Shown here one piece after another: positions 50,608-60,419 of a stretch of 64,000 bases of DNA. The position numbers were made by a program, and so were the translations under genes. Below the pieces are notes generated by a model. That model searched no databases. It was not told the DNA's origin and was given only the letters and a program-made list of their open reading frames with translations. The stretch spans positions 4,965 to 68,964 of the forward strand of contig CASDOO010000020.1 in NCBI GenBank assembly GCA_949282275.1, in the 5' to 3' direction. Positions within the stretch are counted from its first letter, which is position 1. The number at the start of each line of letters is the position of its first letter. This stretch comes from an uncultured Bacillota bacterium. Lineage in GTDB: Bacteria > Bacillota_I > Bacilli_A > RFN20 > CAG-288.

Positions 50608-52373
50608 TCTTTTCCTTCCTCCTGTAGTCGATAGATGTCGCGATAGATGGCATTTCTCTCAAGAAGAGTGGCGTTGGTTCCGATGGCATCGACTTTTCCT
50701 TGGTCAAGGACGATGATCCTATCGGCGTCCTTGATCGTGGAGACCTTCTGGGCGATGACGATCTTCGTCATATCCTTGAGACGAGTCTTCAGGTTCTCCT
50801 TCAGTCGACCCTCCGTGATTCTGTCCAGGGCAGAGAAGGAGTCATCAAGAATGAGAATCTTTGGTCTCCTGAGGATTGCCCTGGCAATGCAAAGCCTCTG
50901 CCGCTGCCCGCCGGAGACGTTGGATCCCGATTGGCCGATTGGCGTATCAAGTCCTTGAGGGAGCTTTTCGAGGACGAAATCCTTGGAACAGCAGATGTCC
51001 AGTGCCTTCAGGATTTCCTCATCCGTTGCCTTCTCGTTTCCCCAAAGGAGATTCTCGCGAACGGTGCCGGAGAAGAGACATGGGCTCTGGAAGGCGATGG
51101 CGATGTTCTTCCTCAGCTCGGCAAGCGGATAGTCGCGGATGCTCTTCCCCGCAATCTCGATTTGGCCTTGGTCGACTTCGTAGAAGCGTTCCAAAAGATA
51201 GGCGAGGGTCGATTTGCTCGAGCCCGTCTGGCCGATGATACCGACAAACTGGCCCGATTCGATACGGAAGGAGATGTTTTCAAGGACGAGGCTTTCCTTG
51301 GCGTAGGCAAAAGAGACGTTTTTGAATTCGATGGCGCCGTTTTCGATCTTGTTTTCCGGATTGCCGTTGTCGAGGATCTCGCTCTCCGTTTCCATGACTT
51401 CCTTGATGCGGTAAAGCGATGCTTCCGAGCGCGTGAAGGACATGAAGACATTGGAAACCATTGTCAGGGAAGCCAGAAGCTGGGCGACATAGCTGAGGAA
51501 GGAGGCCATGTCGTTGATGAAGAGGGCATCTTGGGCCGTCAAGGCAAGGTTTCCGCCGACAAGGAGGATGCCGATCGTGCAGGAATAGGTCATGAACTGC
51601 ATGATGGCGTGGTTGTAGGCGATGAATCCCAAGGATTTCTTGCTGACGGTGGCGAGATTGGAATTGACCGTCCGGAATTTCTCGTTCTCGTAGTCGGCCT
51701 TGTCGTTGGCCCGGATGAGCTTCATCGCGACGAGGCTTTCCTGGGTGACCCTGTTGATGCTGTCTAGGGATTTCTGGACCTTGATGAAACGCGGCCTTGC
51801 CTTGATGGTCATGAAGACAAGGATGCCGGCCATGAGCGGGAGGATGATGGCGAAGACCACGGAAAGACGGGCGGACATGGTTATGGCGAAGGCAAGGGCG
51901 AAAATCAACTGTATCGGCGAACGCAAAAGGGGACGCATCACCTGGCAGAAGGTGTCCGAGACGATTTGGACGTCGTTAGTCATCCTTGTGACGAGAGAGT
52001 TGGTCCGGAAACTGTCGATGTTGCGGAAGGAGAAGGATTGTATCTTCCGGTATTCCGCTTTCCGCAATTCGTATCCGAGGGCCCTTCCGGTCTTGGCAGT
52101 GTATTTTGCCGTGATGATTCCCAAAGCGAGGGAAACGATGGCAAAGGCGACCATGATTCCTCCGATCATAAGGACAAAGGGGAGGTTCAGGTCGTAGAGA
52201 ACTTTGCCGTCCTCTTCATACCTTTCCATGCCGTTGCCAAGGAGAATGTTCATCAGGAAAGGGATGGTGATTTCAAGGGCGCATTCCGCGACGATGGCAA
52301 AACAGGCCGGAAAGAAATAGCGTCGATAGGGCCGGACATAGGCCCAAAGATGGAAACCGTTGGCTTTCTTCAT
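50592..52373 (-). CDS. ABC exporter fused TMD-NBD, degenerate subunit of a heterodimer
   Basis: GQTGSSKS, VSGGQRQR, 'ILDDSFSALD' (Asp for catalytic Glu), 'AQK' (Gln for switch His). Confidence 0.92.
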   Translation of the reverse strand: MKKANGFHLWAYVRPYRRYFFPACFAIVAECALEITIPFLMNILLGNGMERYEEDGKVLYDLNLPFVLMIGGIMVAFAIVSLALGIITAKYTAKTGRALGYELRKAEYRKIQSFSFRNIDSFRTNSLVTRMTNDVQIVSDTFCQVMRPLLRSPIQLIFALAFAITMSARLSVVFAIILPLMAGILVFMTIKARPRFIKVQKSLDSINRVTQESLVAMKLIRANDKADYENEKFRTVNSNLATVSKKSLGFIAYNHAIMQFMTYSCTIGILLVGGNLALTAQDALFINDMASFLSYVAQLLASLTMVSNVFMSFTRSEASLYRIKEVMETESEILDNGNPENKIENGAIEFKNVSFAYAKESLVLENISFRIESGQFVGIIGQTGSSKSTLAYLLERFYEVDQGQIEIAGKSIRDYPLAELRKNIAIAFQSPCLFSGTVRENLLWGNEKATDEEILKALDICCSKDFVLEKLPQGLDTPIGQSGSNVSGGQRQRLCIARAILRRPKILILDDSFSALDRITEGRLKENLKTRLKDMTKIVIAQKVSTIKDADRIIVLDQGKVDAIGTNATLLERNAIYRDIYRLQEEGKECRQA

Positions 52374-52479
52374 ATCCGAAATTTTAAGCCATGGGAGAAA
52401 AGGATTTCAACGTGCATCTAGGTGGAAATAAAAAGCCTTTTCCCTTATAATTTAATTGTTCAGGAGGTTATTCAGAACA

Positions 52480-53037
52480 ATGAAAGATTTGAAGGGTACG
52501 CAGACAGAGAAGAATCTTCAGGCTGCCTTTGCCGGCGAGAGCCAGGCCCACACCAAGTATCGTTACTATTCCGAAGTCGCTGCCAAGGAAGGCCACAAGG
52601 AATTCGCCGATCTTTTCCTCGAGACCGCCCTCAACGAGAGCGAGCATGCCGAGCTGTGGTTCAAGTATCTCCATGGCGGTTCCATCCCCACGACCGAGGT
52701 CAACCTCGAGGATGCCGCTGCCGGAGAGAACTATGAGCACACCGAGATGTATCCGGAGTTCGCCAGGATCGCCAGGGAGGAAGGCTTCCCCGAGATTGCC
52801 GCCAAGTTCGAGCTCGTCGGCAAGATCGAGGCCCGTCACGAAGCACGCTACAAGGCCCTTCTCGAGGCCCTGAAGACGGACAAGCTCACCATCAAGGAAG
52901 GCGTCGTCGTTGTCTTCAAGTGCCAGATCTGCGGCCATATCCATGTCGGTAGCACCGCTCCCAAGATTTGCCCCGTCTGCGGCCACAAGAATACGTTCCT
53001 TCCCGAAACCCTCTACTACGATTGGAAGGCCGAATAA
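52480..53037 (+). CDS. rbr: Rubrerythrin
   Basis: 'AFAGESQA', 'NESEHA', 'GENYE', 'EARH', rubredoxin-like 'CQICG...CPVCG'. Confidence 0.95.
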   Translation: MKDLKGTQTEKNLQAAFAGESQAHTKYRYYSEVAAKEGHKEFADLFLETALNESEHAELWFKYLHGGSIPTTEVNLEDAAAGENYEHTEMYPEFARIAREEGFPEIAAKFELVGKIEARHEARYKALLEALKTDKLTIKEGVVVVFKCQICGHIHVGSTAPKICPVCGHKNTFLPETLYYDWKAE

Positions 53038-53058
53038 GCCGTCTCTCATTTGATATCG

Positions 53059-53082
53059 ACCGCCGGGAAACCGGCGGTTTTT
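53059..53082 (+). terminator. Intrinsic terminator after rbr
   Basis: ACCGCCGG-gaaa-CCGGCGGT followed by TTTT. Confidence 0.85.
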
Positions 53083-53321
53083 CCATGCCTAAAAATTGGA
53101 TAGGGACTGCTTTTCCTTGATAACGGAAACGGAAAAGCAACAGCATAAATAAAAGCCCTTTCATTTCTTATTGATATATTGACTGAAATTGAAAAATGGC
53201 GATAAATAAAGAGAATTTTACATCTTTAACAATCGACTCAAAGCTTATTAACAATCAAAAATGTAAGTGCTATCATAGTCTCAGGTTCGCTTCTATTCCA
53301 GTATCGCTAGGAGGATAATCA

Positions 53322-54515
53322 ATGGAGAAACAGAAGCAGTATCGAATCGGGACCGATGAGCAGCAGGCCTACCTGAGGGACTATAATTTCCCGCCCAAGG
53401 GGTATGGCTATCTTGAGCCTGGTGTCGTCAGTACCGATTCCAACGATTTCGTCGCCTTCCAAGTCGCCAAGTCGTTCTATCAGGTCTATCCGGAAGTCTT
53501 TAATCTTGCCTACATCGAGAAGAAGACGGGCATTAAGAAGGCCGAGATCAAGAAGCGGCTTTCCAGGATGTATCGCGACCATGAGATCATGCTGGTCTTC
53601 AATCCGGCAGTCTCCATCATGGGATGGGGTCTTTACTATTGGATTGTCAAGCTGAAGAAGACGGCTACGAAGGAACAGCGCGAGGAACTGACGAAGTGGT
53701 TCCAGGACAATGATCAGATTTGTACCGGCTATATGATGGAGGAAGGCGGGGAGTTTGACTACTTCAACGGCAACCACATGCGCAACCTCGACAACCTGAT
53801 CGCCGGCGTCCTCGACAAGTTCCGGAACAAGGACTATATCGAATACGTCCACCTCTGCCCCATCCGCCGTTGCGTCCGCGAAAGCCATGTCAACCAGTTC
53901 GATAGCCGCAAGGACTACCGCCGCTATTGCTGGAGCGAGGAGCAGAAGAAGAACGTCCTCAAGTTCCAGAAGAAGATGGACAAGGACGACTTTGCCATCA
54001 TCGATGCCATCAACAATACCAAGAGCATCGGCGACATGTTCGATTATGATGTCCTGGCCAAGCTTTCCGGCCTCGATGCCAAGGAGATGAAGGAAAACCT
54101 CTGCCGCGTCGTGGACAAGGAGAAGAGCATGCTTCCGATGATCTATTTCAACTACATGGCCGTCGGGCTGAAGATGCACTTCTTTGCCGTGACCCTTTTC
54201 CAGAATACGCCGACCTTCCGCGCCGAACAGATTCTCGACGAGCTTTGCGAGGAAGAGGCGTTCGAGAACATCTTCGACATCGGCGATGCCCACCACAACT
54301 ATATCCTGAGCGCCTACGAGGATATCACCGACATCGACAGGCTCCGGAAGAAGATTCTCTCCTATGGCGAGGTCACCGAGGTCCTCGAGGCCACTTCGCC
54401 CAGGCAGTTCCGGCGGTGGACATGCCGTCTGGATGCCCAGAATGGCTATTGGGAGGAATGTGTCTTCACGGACGACGTCCTCTTGGACAGGACGACGGAA
54501 AAGGAGGGCAAGTAG
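53322..54515 (+). CDS. Tandem Lrp/AsnC-fold protein (two wHTH+RAM-like modules)
   Basis: Two HTH-like segments ('IEKKTGIKKAEIKKRLSRM' and 'LAKLSGLDAKEMKENL'), each followed by an 'N....G' linker and an alpha/beta domain. Confidence 0.55.
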   Translation: MEKQKQYRIGTDEQQAYLRDYNFPPKGYGYLEPGVVSTDSNDFVAFQVAKSFYQVYPEVFNLAYIEKKTGIKKAEIKKRLSRMYRDHEIMLVFNPAVSIMGWGLYYWIVKLKKTATKEQREELTKWFQDNDQICTGYMMEEGGEFDYFNGNHMRNLDNLIAGVLDKFRNKDYIEYVHLCPIRRCVRESHVNQFDSRKDYRRYCWSEEQKKNVLKFQKKMDKDDFAIIDAINNTKSIGDMFDYDVLAKLSGLDAKEMKENLCRVVDKEKSMLPMIYFNYMAVGLKMHFFAVTLFQNTPTFRAEQILDELCEEEAFENIFDIGDAHHNYILSAYEDITDIDRLRKKILSYGEVTEVLEATSPRQFRRWTCRLDAQNGYWEECVFTDDVLLDRTTEKEGK

Positions 54516-54516
54516 G

Positions 54517-55923
54517 ATGAAAATCGAAAAGGCAAGACCATACGTCGTCAAGAACCTGAAATACGCGCTCAATCCCTCTTCCATCGCCGTCGTCGGGGCC
54601 TCACGCTATCCCACGAAGGTCGGAAACAAGGTCATCTACGAGCTGGTCAAATGGGGATACAAGGGGAAAATCTATCCGGTCAATCCAAGGGCCGAGGAAG
54701 TCCTGGGCTTCAAGGCCTACCATACCCTCAAGGACATCAAGGACCCTATCGACCTGGTCTTCGTTGCCGTTCCGGCCCATCTTGTCCGTTCCATCGTCGA
54801 GGATGCCGTCAGCATCAAGGCGAAGATGATGGTCATCGCCACTTCGGCCTTCAAGGAGATCGGAAGGGGCGGATTGCAGAACGAGATCACGGAATACTGC
54901 CGCGAGCATGAGCTTCCTCTCATCGGCCCGAACCTCGTCGGCATGGGTTCGCCCTATCAGCACTTTAACTGCGGCTTCATTCCCTATCTTCCCGTCCCGG
55001 GACCGGTTGCCATGATCTCCCAGTCCGGTGCCAACCTTCTTGCCGCACTCGGCACAAGCCAGATGAGCCATTTTGGCATGTCTTTCTTCGTCGGCCTCGG
55101 AAACAAGGCCGATGTCGACTTCTCCGAATTCATCGAATATGCCAATGAGGATCCCAACACGAAGTGCCTTGCCATCTATATCGAGGGCTTGGACTGTCCG
55201 GAAGCCTTCGTCGACTCCTGCCACAAGGTCAGCAAGCCGATTGTCGTCATCAAGGTCGGACGTTCCAAGATCGGCGTCAAGGCGGCCTTTGCCCATACGG
55301 CCAGCGAAAACCCCAACAGCGACGAATACTATGACAAGATCATCAAGGATGCGGGCGCCATAAGGGCGACGACGTGGCAGGAATTCCTCGACATCTCCCT
55401 TGCCCTGGGAAACCAGCCGGCCCTGAAAGGCGACAACATCGTCATGATTACCAACGGCGGCGGAGCGGGCCTTCTTAGCTGCGACCACTTCGAGCGTCTT
55501 GGCCTTCCGCTCCATGAGCTGAAGCAGATTTCCCCGATGCTCGAGCAGCGCATCCGTGCCTATATGCCGATGTTCGGTTCGCCGCTCAATCCCGTCGACA
55601 TCTCCGGCACGGCAAGCGTCATCCAGTACAAGGGTGCCTTCCAGCAGGCACTCAGGGATCCCAATGTCCATGGCGTCCTTGGCGCCATCTGCCCCACCGC
55701 CGTCACCGATGTCCTTGGCACGGCAAAGGCGGCCATCGAGGTCTATGACTCCTGCAAGGATTTGGGCAAGCCCTTCCTCATGATCTGCCAAGGCGGCGAG
55801 GAGTGCCGCGATGCCATCATGCTCCTACGGGACCACGGAATCCCCGCCTATCCCACCGCGGAGCAGACCGTCAATGCGATGGTGGCTCTCTATCGTTACG
55901 GCACCCAGAAGAAGGCAAAGTAG
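54517..55923 (+). CDS. NDP-forming acyl-CoA synthetase alpha-like subunit (CoA-binding and ligase domains, no ATP-grasp)
   Basis: 'PSSIAVVGAS', 'IYPVNP', 'IGPNLVG', 'SQSG', 'GNKADV', 'AAFAHTAS' (phospho-His position), 'TNGGGAG', 'NPVDISG'. Confidence 0.88.
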   Translation: MKIEKARPYVVKNLKYALNPSSIAVVGASRYPTKVGNKVIYELVKWGYKGKIYPVNPRAEEVLGFKAYHTLKDIKDPIDLVFVAVPAHLVRSIVEDAVSIKAKMMVIATSAFKEIGRGGLQNEITEYCREHELPLIGPNLVGMGSPYQHFNCGFIPYLPVPGPVAMISQSGANLLAALGTSQMSHFGMSFFVGLGNKADVDFSEFIEYANEDPNTKCLAIYIEGLDCPEAFVDSCHKVSKPIVVIKVGRSKIGVKAAFAHTASENPNSDEYYDKIIKDAGAIRATTWQEFLDISLALGNQPALKGDNIVMITNGGGAGLLSCDHFERLGLPLHELKQISPMLEQRIRAYMPMFGSPLNPVDISGTASVIQYKGAFQQALRDPNVHGVLGAICPTAVTDVLGTAKAAIEVYDSCKDLGKPFLMICQGGEECRDAIMLLRDHGIPAYPTAEQTVNAMVALYRYGTQKKAK

Positions 55924-55954
55924 TTTCGAAATTCCATTCCGACAATGTCGATGG

Positions 55955-55989
55955 ACGGCAGGGCTTTCCTCCAACCCCTGCCGTTTTTT
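55955..55989 (+). terminator. Intrinsic terminator
   Basis: ACGGCAGGG...CCCTGCCGT followed by TTTTT. Confidence 0.85.
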
Positions 55990-56121
55990 CGTGCCCTCTT
56001 CCTTATAAAAGCCTTTTCAGGAAATCCATGATATAAGAGGAAAGAGAAGAGGAGACAAAAAGTCCATTTCCAGTGTCAAAAAGGGTTCTTTCCGTCCTAA
56101 AAAGCCTTTTCACTTTCTTAG

Positions 56122-56151
56122 TTTGCGTCGCACAACTTGGATTTTGCGCCG
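56122..56151 (+). promoter_or_regulatory. Direct-repeat pair, probable LytTR binding site
   Basis: TTTGCGTCG (56122-56130) and TTTGCGCCG (56143-56151): 9-bp repeats with a 12-bp spacer upstream of the GH3 operon. Confidence 0.55.
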
Positions 56152-56185
56152 TTCGGATTGCTCGAAAAGAGCCTTTTGACAATGA

Positions 56186-56199
56186 TGGAAGCGTTTCCA
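56186..56199. promoter_or_regulatory. cre/LacI-family operator
   Basis: TGGAAGCGTTTCCA near-perfect palindrome directly before the AAGGAGG SD. Confidence 0.75.
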
Positions 56200-56215
56200 C
56201 AAGGAGGAAATCACG

Positions 56216-57463
56216 ATGAAAAAAAGAAGAACGCTTCTCACCCTCACGGCCATCCTCGGCTGCTTCGGCCTTTTGGCATCCTGCAACAACGGCGAAGAAC
56301 CCTCTTCCCCGATCAGCGGCGATAGCCAAACGACGCAGGACGGCAGCTCGAACACCGGAACCGGAGGCGGCACGACAACCGGCGATAAGACTCTTGTCGG
56401 AGCTTATACTTCGCCGGCGGAGCTCGTCTATAGGAACATGCGCCCGACCTACAACTACTATATGACCTACTTCAACTTCGAATCCCTGGAACTTTTCTCC
56501 GACTACACTTATGCCCTGAGCTATTCCTCGATGATGTTCTCGGCCGTCGTCCTTCCCGATGTTGGAAGCGATGCGACCTCCAACGAGAGGGACAATACGG
56601 TCGAGACCTACTATGGCACCTATGAATCCGTCGTCAATGATCTCGATGAGGATTCCCTCGACATCACCCTCTCCATCCCCAACCGCGTCGTCGTCAGCTA
56701 CGATTCCAAATACTTCATCGATACGGCCCAGTGGACGGATGCAATGGCCGATGCCGTTGCCGTCAAGGATGCCGATGGCAATGTCACAAAGTCCTTTACG
56801 GCCGAAAGCTATCTTGCCAGCAAGGCCTTCCATGAAAAGACCATCCTTGCCAGCAAGAGCAACTATTCCTTCGACTTCTTCGAACTGCGGGGCGCCGATG
56901 AGGCGGATCCGGACGTCACCGTTTCTACCGATACCCAAGGCCTTGTCGCAGCCTATCTGACGCCGGCGAAGTTCTTCTATCAGAACATGCGTCCGAACTT
57001 CAACTACTACATCACCAGCTTCACCCAGCAGCAGCTCCTCGTCTATTCCGACAACACCTATGAGATGAACGTCTTCTCCTCCCAGTTCTCCGGCCTAATC
57101 CTTCCTGAGGAAGGAAGCAATGCTTCGGGCAGCGAGCGCGTCAACTATGTCCAGAAGTTCAACGGCGACTGCACATCTCAGACCGATGACCTCGACGAGG
57201 ACTCTCTGGATATCTCCCTGAGTGCGCCGGAAAGGGCCCGCATCTACTTCAACTCCCTCTACTACCTTGACACCGAAAAATGGACCGAGGAGATGACCGA
57301 GAAGACCAACACGACCAACGAGGATCAGACCGTTACCGTCAATTACCCCGATGGCGAAAGCTATCTCAAGGCCGTGGCCTTCGACGCCCAGGAAATCCTT
57401 GCCAGCAAAACCAACTATTCCTTCGACTACATCGACGACCTCGTTGCGCCGATTCTCGTCTAA
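56216..57463 (+). CDS. Lipoprotein with two homologous ~175-aa domains, function unknown
   Basis: Lipobox LAS|C and Ser/Thr/Gly linker; repeats 'YRNMRPTYNYY' / 'YQNMRPNFNYY', 'DLDEDSLDI' twice, 'ILASK.NYSFD' twice. Confidence 0.75.
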   Translation: MKKRRTLLTLTAILGCFGLLASCNNGEEPSSPISGDSQTTQDGSSNTGTGGGTTTGDKTLVGAYTSPAELVYRNMRPTYNYYMTYFNFESLELFSDYTYALSYSSMMFSAVVLPDVGSDATSNERDNTVETYYGTYESVVNDLDEDSLDITLSIPNRVVVSYDSKYFIDTAQWTDAMADAVAVKDADGNVTKSFTAESYLASKAFHEKTILASKSNYSFDFFELRGADEADPDVTVSTDTQGLVAAYLTPAKFFYQNMRPNFNYYITSFTQQQLLVYSDNTYEMNVFSSQFSGLILPEEGSNASGSERVNYVQKFNGDCTSQTDDLDEDSLDISLSAPERARIYFNSLYYLDTEKWTEEMTEKTNTTNEDQTVTVNYPDGESYLKAVAFDAQEILASKTNYSFDYIDDLVAPILV

Positions 57464-57481
57464 GGTAAAGGAGATTCCGAA

Positions 57482-60415
57482 ATGAATTTCAGAAAGCTCA
57501 GAGGAGGAAGTGCCATTTGCGTAAGCGTTCTTTCGCTTGCCATCTTCGCCTCCATCCTTGCCTTCGATAATGCCGGACAAGTCAATATCGCCCTCGGCAT
57601 CACTTCCGGCGCCAACTTTGGCCGGAGCGACTACGATTCCGTCGAGGAAATGCGCGAAGCCGAAAGGGAAAACGAAATACAGACCCAGGAAGAAGGCTCC
57701 GTCCTGCTTTTCAACAACAACGATGCCCTGCCTTTGAAGTCCACCGACAAGGTTACTCTGCTTGGAAGGACTTCTGCCGACAACATCTTCCGCGGCGGTT
57801 CCGGCGGCAGCGCAACGACCGATGCCGATGCCGTCAATCTCTATGAAGCGATGACCGCCAAGGGCTTTTCCATCAACAAGACCGTCTATGATGCCTTGGC
57901 TTCAAGCGGAATGGCGCGGGCAAGAGGCGATATCGCCGAAGTCTCTTCTTCCTTCTATGGCGATTATCAGGACACCTTTACCCAATATGGCGATGCCGCT
58001 ATCATCACGCTTGGCAGATATTCCGGCGAACAGCAGGACTATGCCGCCGGAGGCGATAGCAACCAGCCGGTCGAGACGAACGAAGAAGGCAATCCCGTCG
58101 ACGTCGATGGCCTTCCGATGCTCTCCCTCCATCCGGAGGAAAGGGATGTCATCAAGATGGCCAAGGATTCCGGCAAGTTCAAGAAGATCATCGTTCTCCT
58201 CAACACCGGAACCTCCATGGATGTCGGTGAGCTGCAATCCCTTGGCGTCGATGCCTGCCTGTGGATCGGCTATCCCGGGTATACGGGCTTTGATGGCGTT
58301 GCCAACGTCCTTGCCGGCGATGCCGACCCTTCCGGAAGGCTTGTCGACACCTATGCCACAGATTCCCTTTCAAGCCCGGCGATGCGAAACTACGGCAACT
58401 TCACCTTCACGAACGTCACCACCACAAGCCAAGACCACTATCTTGTCTATGCCGAGGGCATCTACATCGGATACAAGTACTACGAAACCCGATACTATGA
58501 TCAGGTAAAGAACCAGAACAACGCCACCTCCAGCAAGGGTGCCTATGCCTCCGATGGCGGCTGGGACTATGCCGACGAAATGGTCTACACCTTCGGACAT
58601 GGTCTCTCCTACGCCTCTTTCACCCAGACGCTGAAGGAGGTCGAGTGGGATCAGGAGAACAATACCGTCACCGCGACTGTCAACGTCAAGAACAACGGCG
58701 TCGGCGAAGCAAGCACCTACGAAGGGCCTTCCAAGGATGTCGTTGAACTCTACGTCAATCTCCCCTATGCCAAGGGACAGGCCGAAAAGAGCGCCATTCA
58801 GCTAATTGGCTTTGCCAAGACCGGGGACCTTAATCCCGGTGAGGATCAGGACGTCACGATCACGGTCGACGACTACCTCTTTGCCACTTATGACGAAAAT
58901 GCCGTAAACGGCGCCGATACGTCCAAGAAGGGCTGTTATGTCTTCGACCCCGGCGACTACAACTTCGCCATCGGAAAGGATGCTCACGATGCCCTGAACA
59001 ACGTTCTGGCAAAGGAAGGCGTCAAAGGTCTCTTCGATGCCGATGGAAAGAGCGTCCAGGGCGATGCCAATCAGGTTTGCACCATCAAGCTGGACAGCCT
59101 GGACAACACTTCCCATGCCAAGTCGGATCAGACCAATGAAATTGTCAGCAATCAGTTTGCCGATAAGGATCTCAATCACTTCATCGACAATGCCGTAACC
59201 TATTTGACGCGCTCCGATTGGAATACCTATCCGGAACGGGTCGAAAACATTGCCGCCACCGACGAAATGCTCAAGCTCCTGGATGGCCACACCTACAGCA
59301 AGCCTGCGGATGCGCCCGACTATACCGAGTTCAAGCATTCTCAGAAGTACACCGATCCGGAAACGGGAGAGGCCGATCCGCTGACCCTTGCCGAGATGAA
59401 GGATGTCCCCTATGAGGATGACGAAACCTGGAATCGGTTCATCGATCAGCTGACGCCTTCCGAACTGGCATCCCTCTCCGGCGAAGCCTTCGGTATGCCG
59501 GCCTATGAGGATGTCGCCGCTCCGGATATCTCCAGCGCCGATGGACCCGATGGCATCCAGGCCAATGCCGGCTTCTCCCACGTCTGCGAAAACCTCGCCT
59601 GCTCGACCTGGAGCGAGGAACTTCTTGCCGCCCGTGGCCGCTTCATGGCCGAGGATGGCATGGCTTCCGGACAAAGCGGCGTCTACGGCTTTGGCGCCAA
59701 CATGCACCGAACCCCCTATGCCGGAAGAAACTTCGAATACTATTCCGAAGATACGACCATGTCCTATATCGCCGGTGCCATCCAGACCAAGGCGGCCACC
59801 GACAAGGGACTGACGACCTATGTCAAACACTTCTGTGCCAACGATCAGGAAGCCTGGCGAAACGGCACGGCGACATTGATGACCGAACAGGCCTATCGCC
59901 AAGGACCTCTCAAGGGATTTGAAGGCTCCTTCACCAAGGGCGGTTCTTTGGGCACGATGACCTCCAATGCCCGAGTCGGACTTACGACCGTTTCCATGGA
60001 CTATGCGACGATGACCCAGGTCCTAAGAAACGAATGGGGCTTCAAGGGCGTCGCCATGACCGATTCCTCCAAGGGATCCACCCACTATCTCTACACCGCC
60101 GAAAGCGTCGTTGCCGGCATCGACCAGTTCAACAACGACGAAACCCGCGGCACGACCGACATGAAGAACTACCTTGTCAAGGAACGCGATGGCTACCTCT
60201 GGCAGAAGAGCCGTGAAATCGCCAAGCATTACTTCTATATGCTGACCAAGAATTTCACCACTGCCGACCTGACGGAGGAAAGCGTCGTCGAGAACGTCAC
60301 GCCGTGGTGGCAGACGGCCATCTATGCGGTCCTAGGCGTCATGGGCGCCGGTACGGCGGCCCTGATCGTCTTAAGCGTCATCGCCTATGTGGGCGAAAGA
60401 AAGAAGGAGGCCTAG
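57482..60415 (+). CDS. GH3 beta-glucosidase-like enzyme, permuted domain order, membrane-anchored
   Basis: 'EEGSVLL.N..ALPL', 'PSGRLVDT', 'YAEGIYIGYKYY', 'FGHGLSY', Fn3 domain, then 'DGP', 'GRNFEYYSED', 'KHF', 'LRNEWGFKG..MTD'; N- and C-terminal hydrophobic segments. Confidence 0.93.
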   Translation: MNFRKLRGGSAICVSVLSLAIFASILAFDNAGQVNIALGITSGANFGRSDYDSVEEMREAERENEIQTQEEGSVLLFNNNDALPLKSTDKVTLLGRTSADNIFRGGSGGSATTDADAVNLYEAMTAKGFSINKTVYDALASSGMARARGDIAEVSSSFYGDYQDTFTQYGDAAIITLGRYSGEQQDYAAGGDSNQPVETNEEGNPVDVDGLPMLSLHPEERDVIKMAKDSGKFKKIIVLLNTGTSMDVGELQSLGVDACLWIGYPGYTGFDGVANVLAGDADPSGRLVDTYATDSLSSPAMRNYGNFTFTNVTTTSQDHYLVYAEGIYIGYKYYETRYYDQVKNQNNATSSKGAYASDGGWDYADEMVYTFGHGLSYASFTQTLKEVEWDQENNTVTATVNVKNNGVGEASTYEGPSKDVVELYVNLPYAKGQAEKSAIQLIGFAKTGDLNPGEDQDVTITVDDYLFATYDENAVNGADTSKKGCYVFDPGDYNFAIGKDAHDALNNVLAKEGVKGLFDADGKSVQGDANQVCTIKLDSLDNTSHAKSDQTNEIVSNQFADKDLNHFIDNAVTYLTRSDWNTYPERVENIAATDEMLKLLDGHTYSKPADAPDYTEFKHSQKYTDPETGEADPLTLAEMKDVPYEDDETWNRFIDQLTPSELASLSGEAFGMPAYEDVAAPDISSADGPDGIQANAGFSHVCENLACSTWSEELLAARGRFMAEDGMASGQSGVYGFGANMHRTPYAGRNFEYYSEDTTMSYIAGAIQTKAATDKGLTTYVKHFCANDQEAWRNGTATLMTEQAYRQGPLKGFEGSFTKGGSLGTMTSNARVGLTTVSMDYATMTQVLRNEWGFKGVAMTDSSKGSTHYLYTAESVVAGIDQFNNDETRGTTDMKNYLVKERDGYLWQKSREIAKHYFYMLTKNFTTADLTEESVVENVTPWWQTAIYAVLGVMGAGTAALIVLSVIAYVGERKKEA

Positions 60416-60419
60416 GAAA

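Noticed and set aside
52445-52459. PerR/Fur box upstream of rubrerythrin
   Set aside because: Only the left half (TTATAAT) matches, and it is explained by the -10 element.
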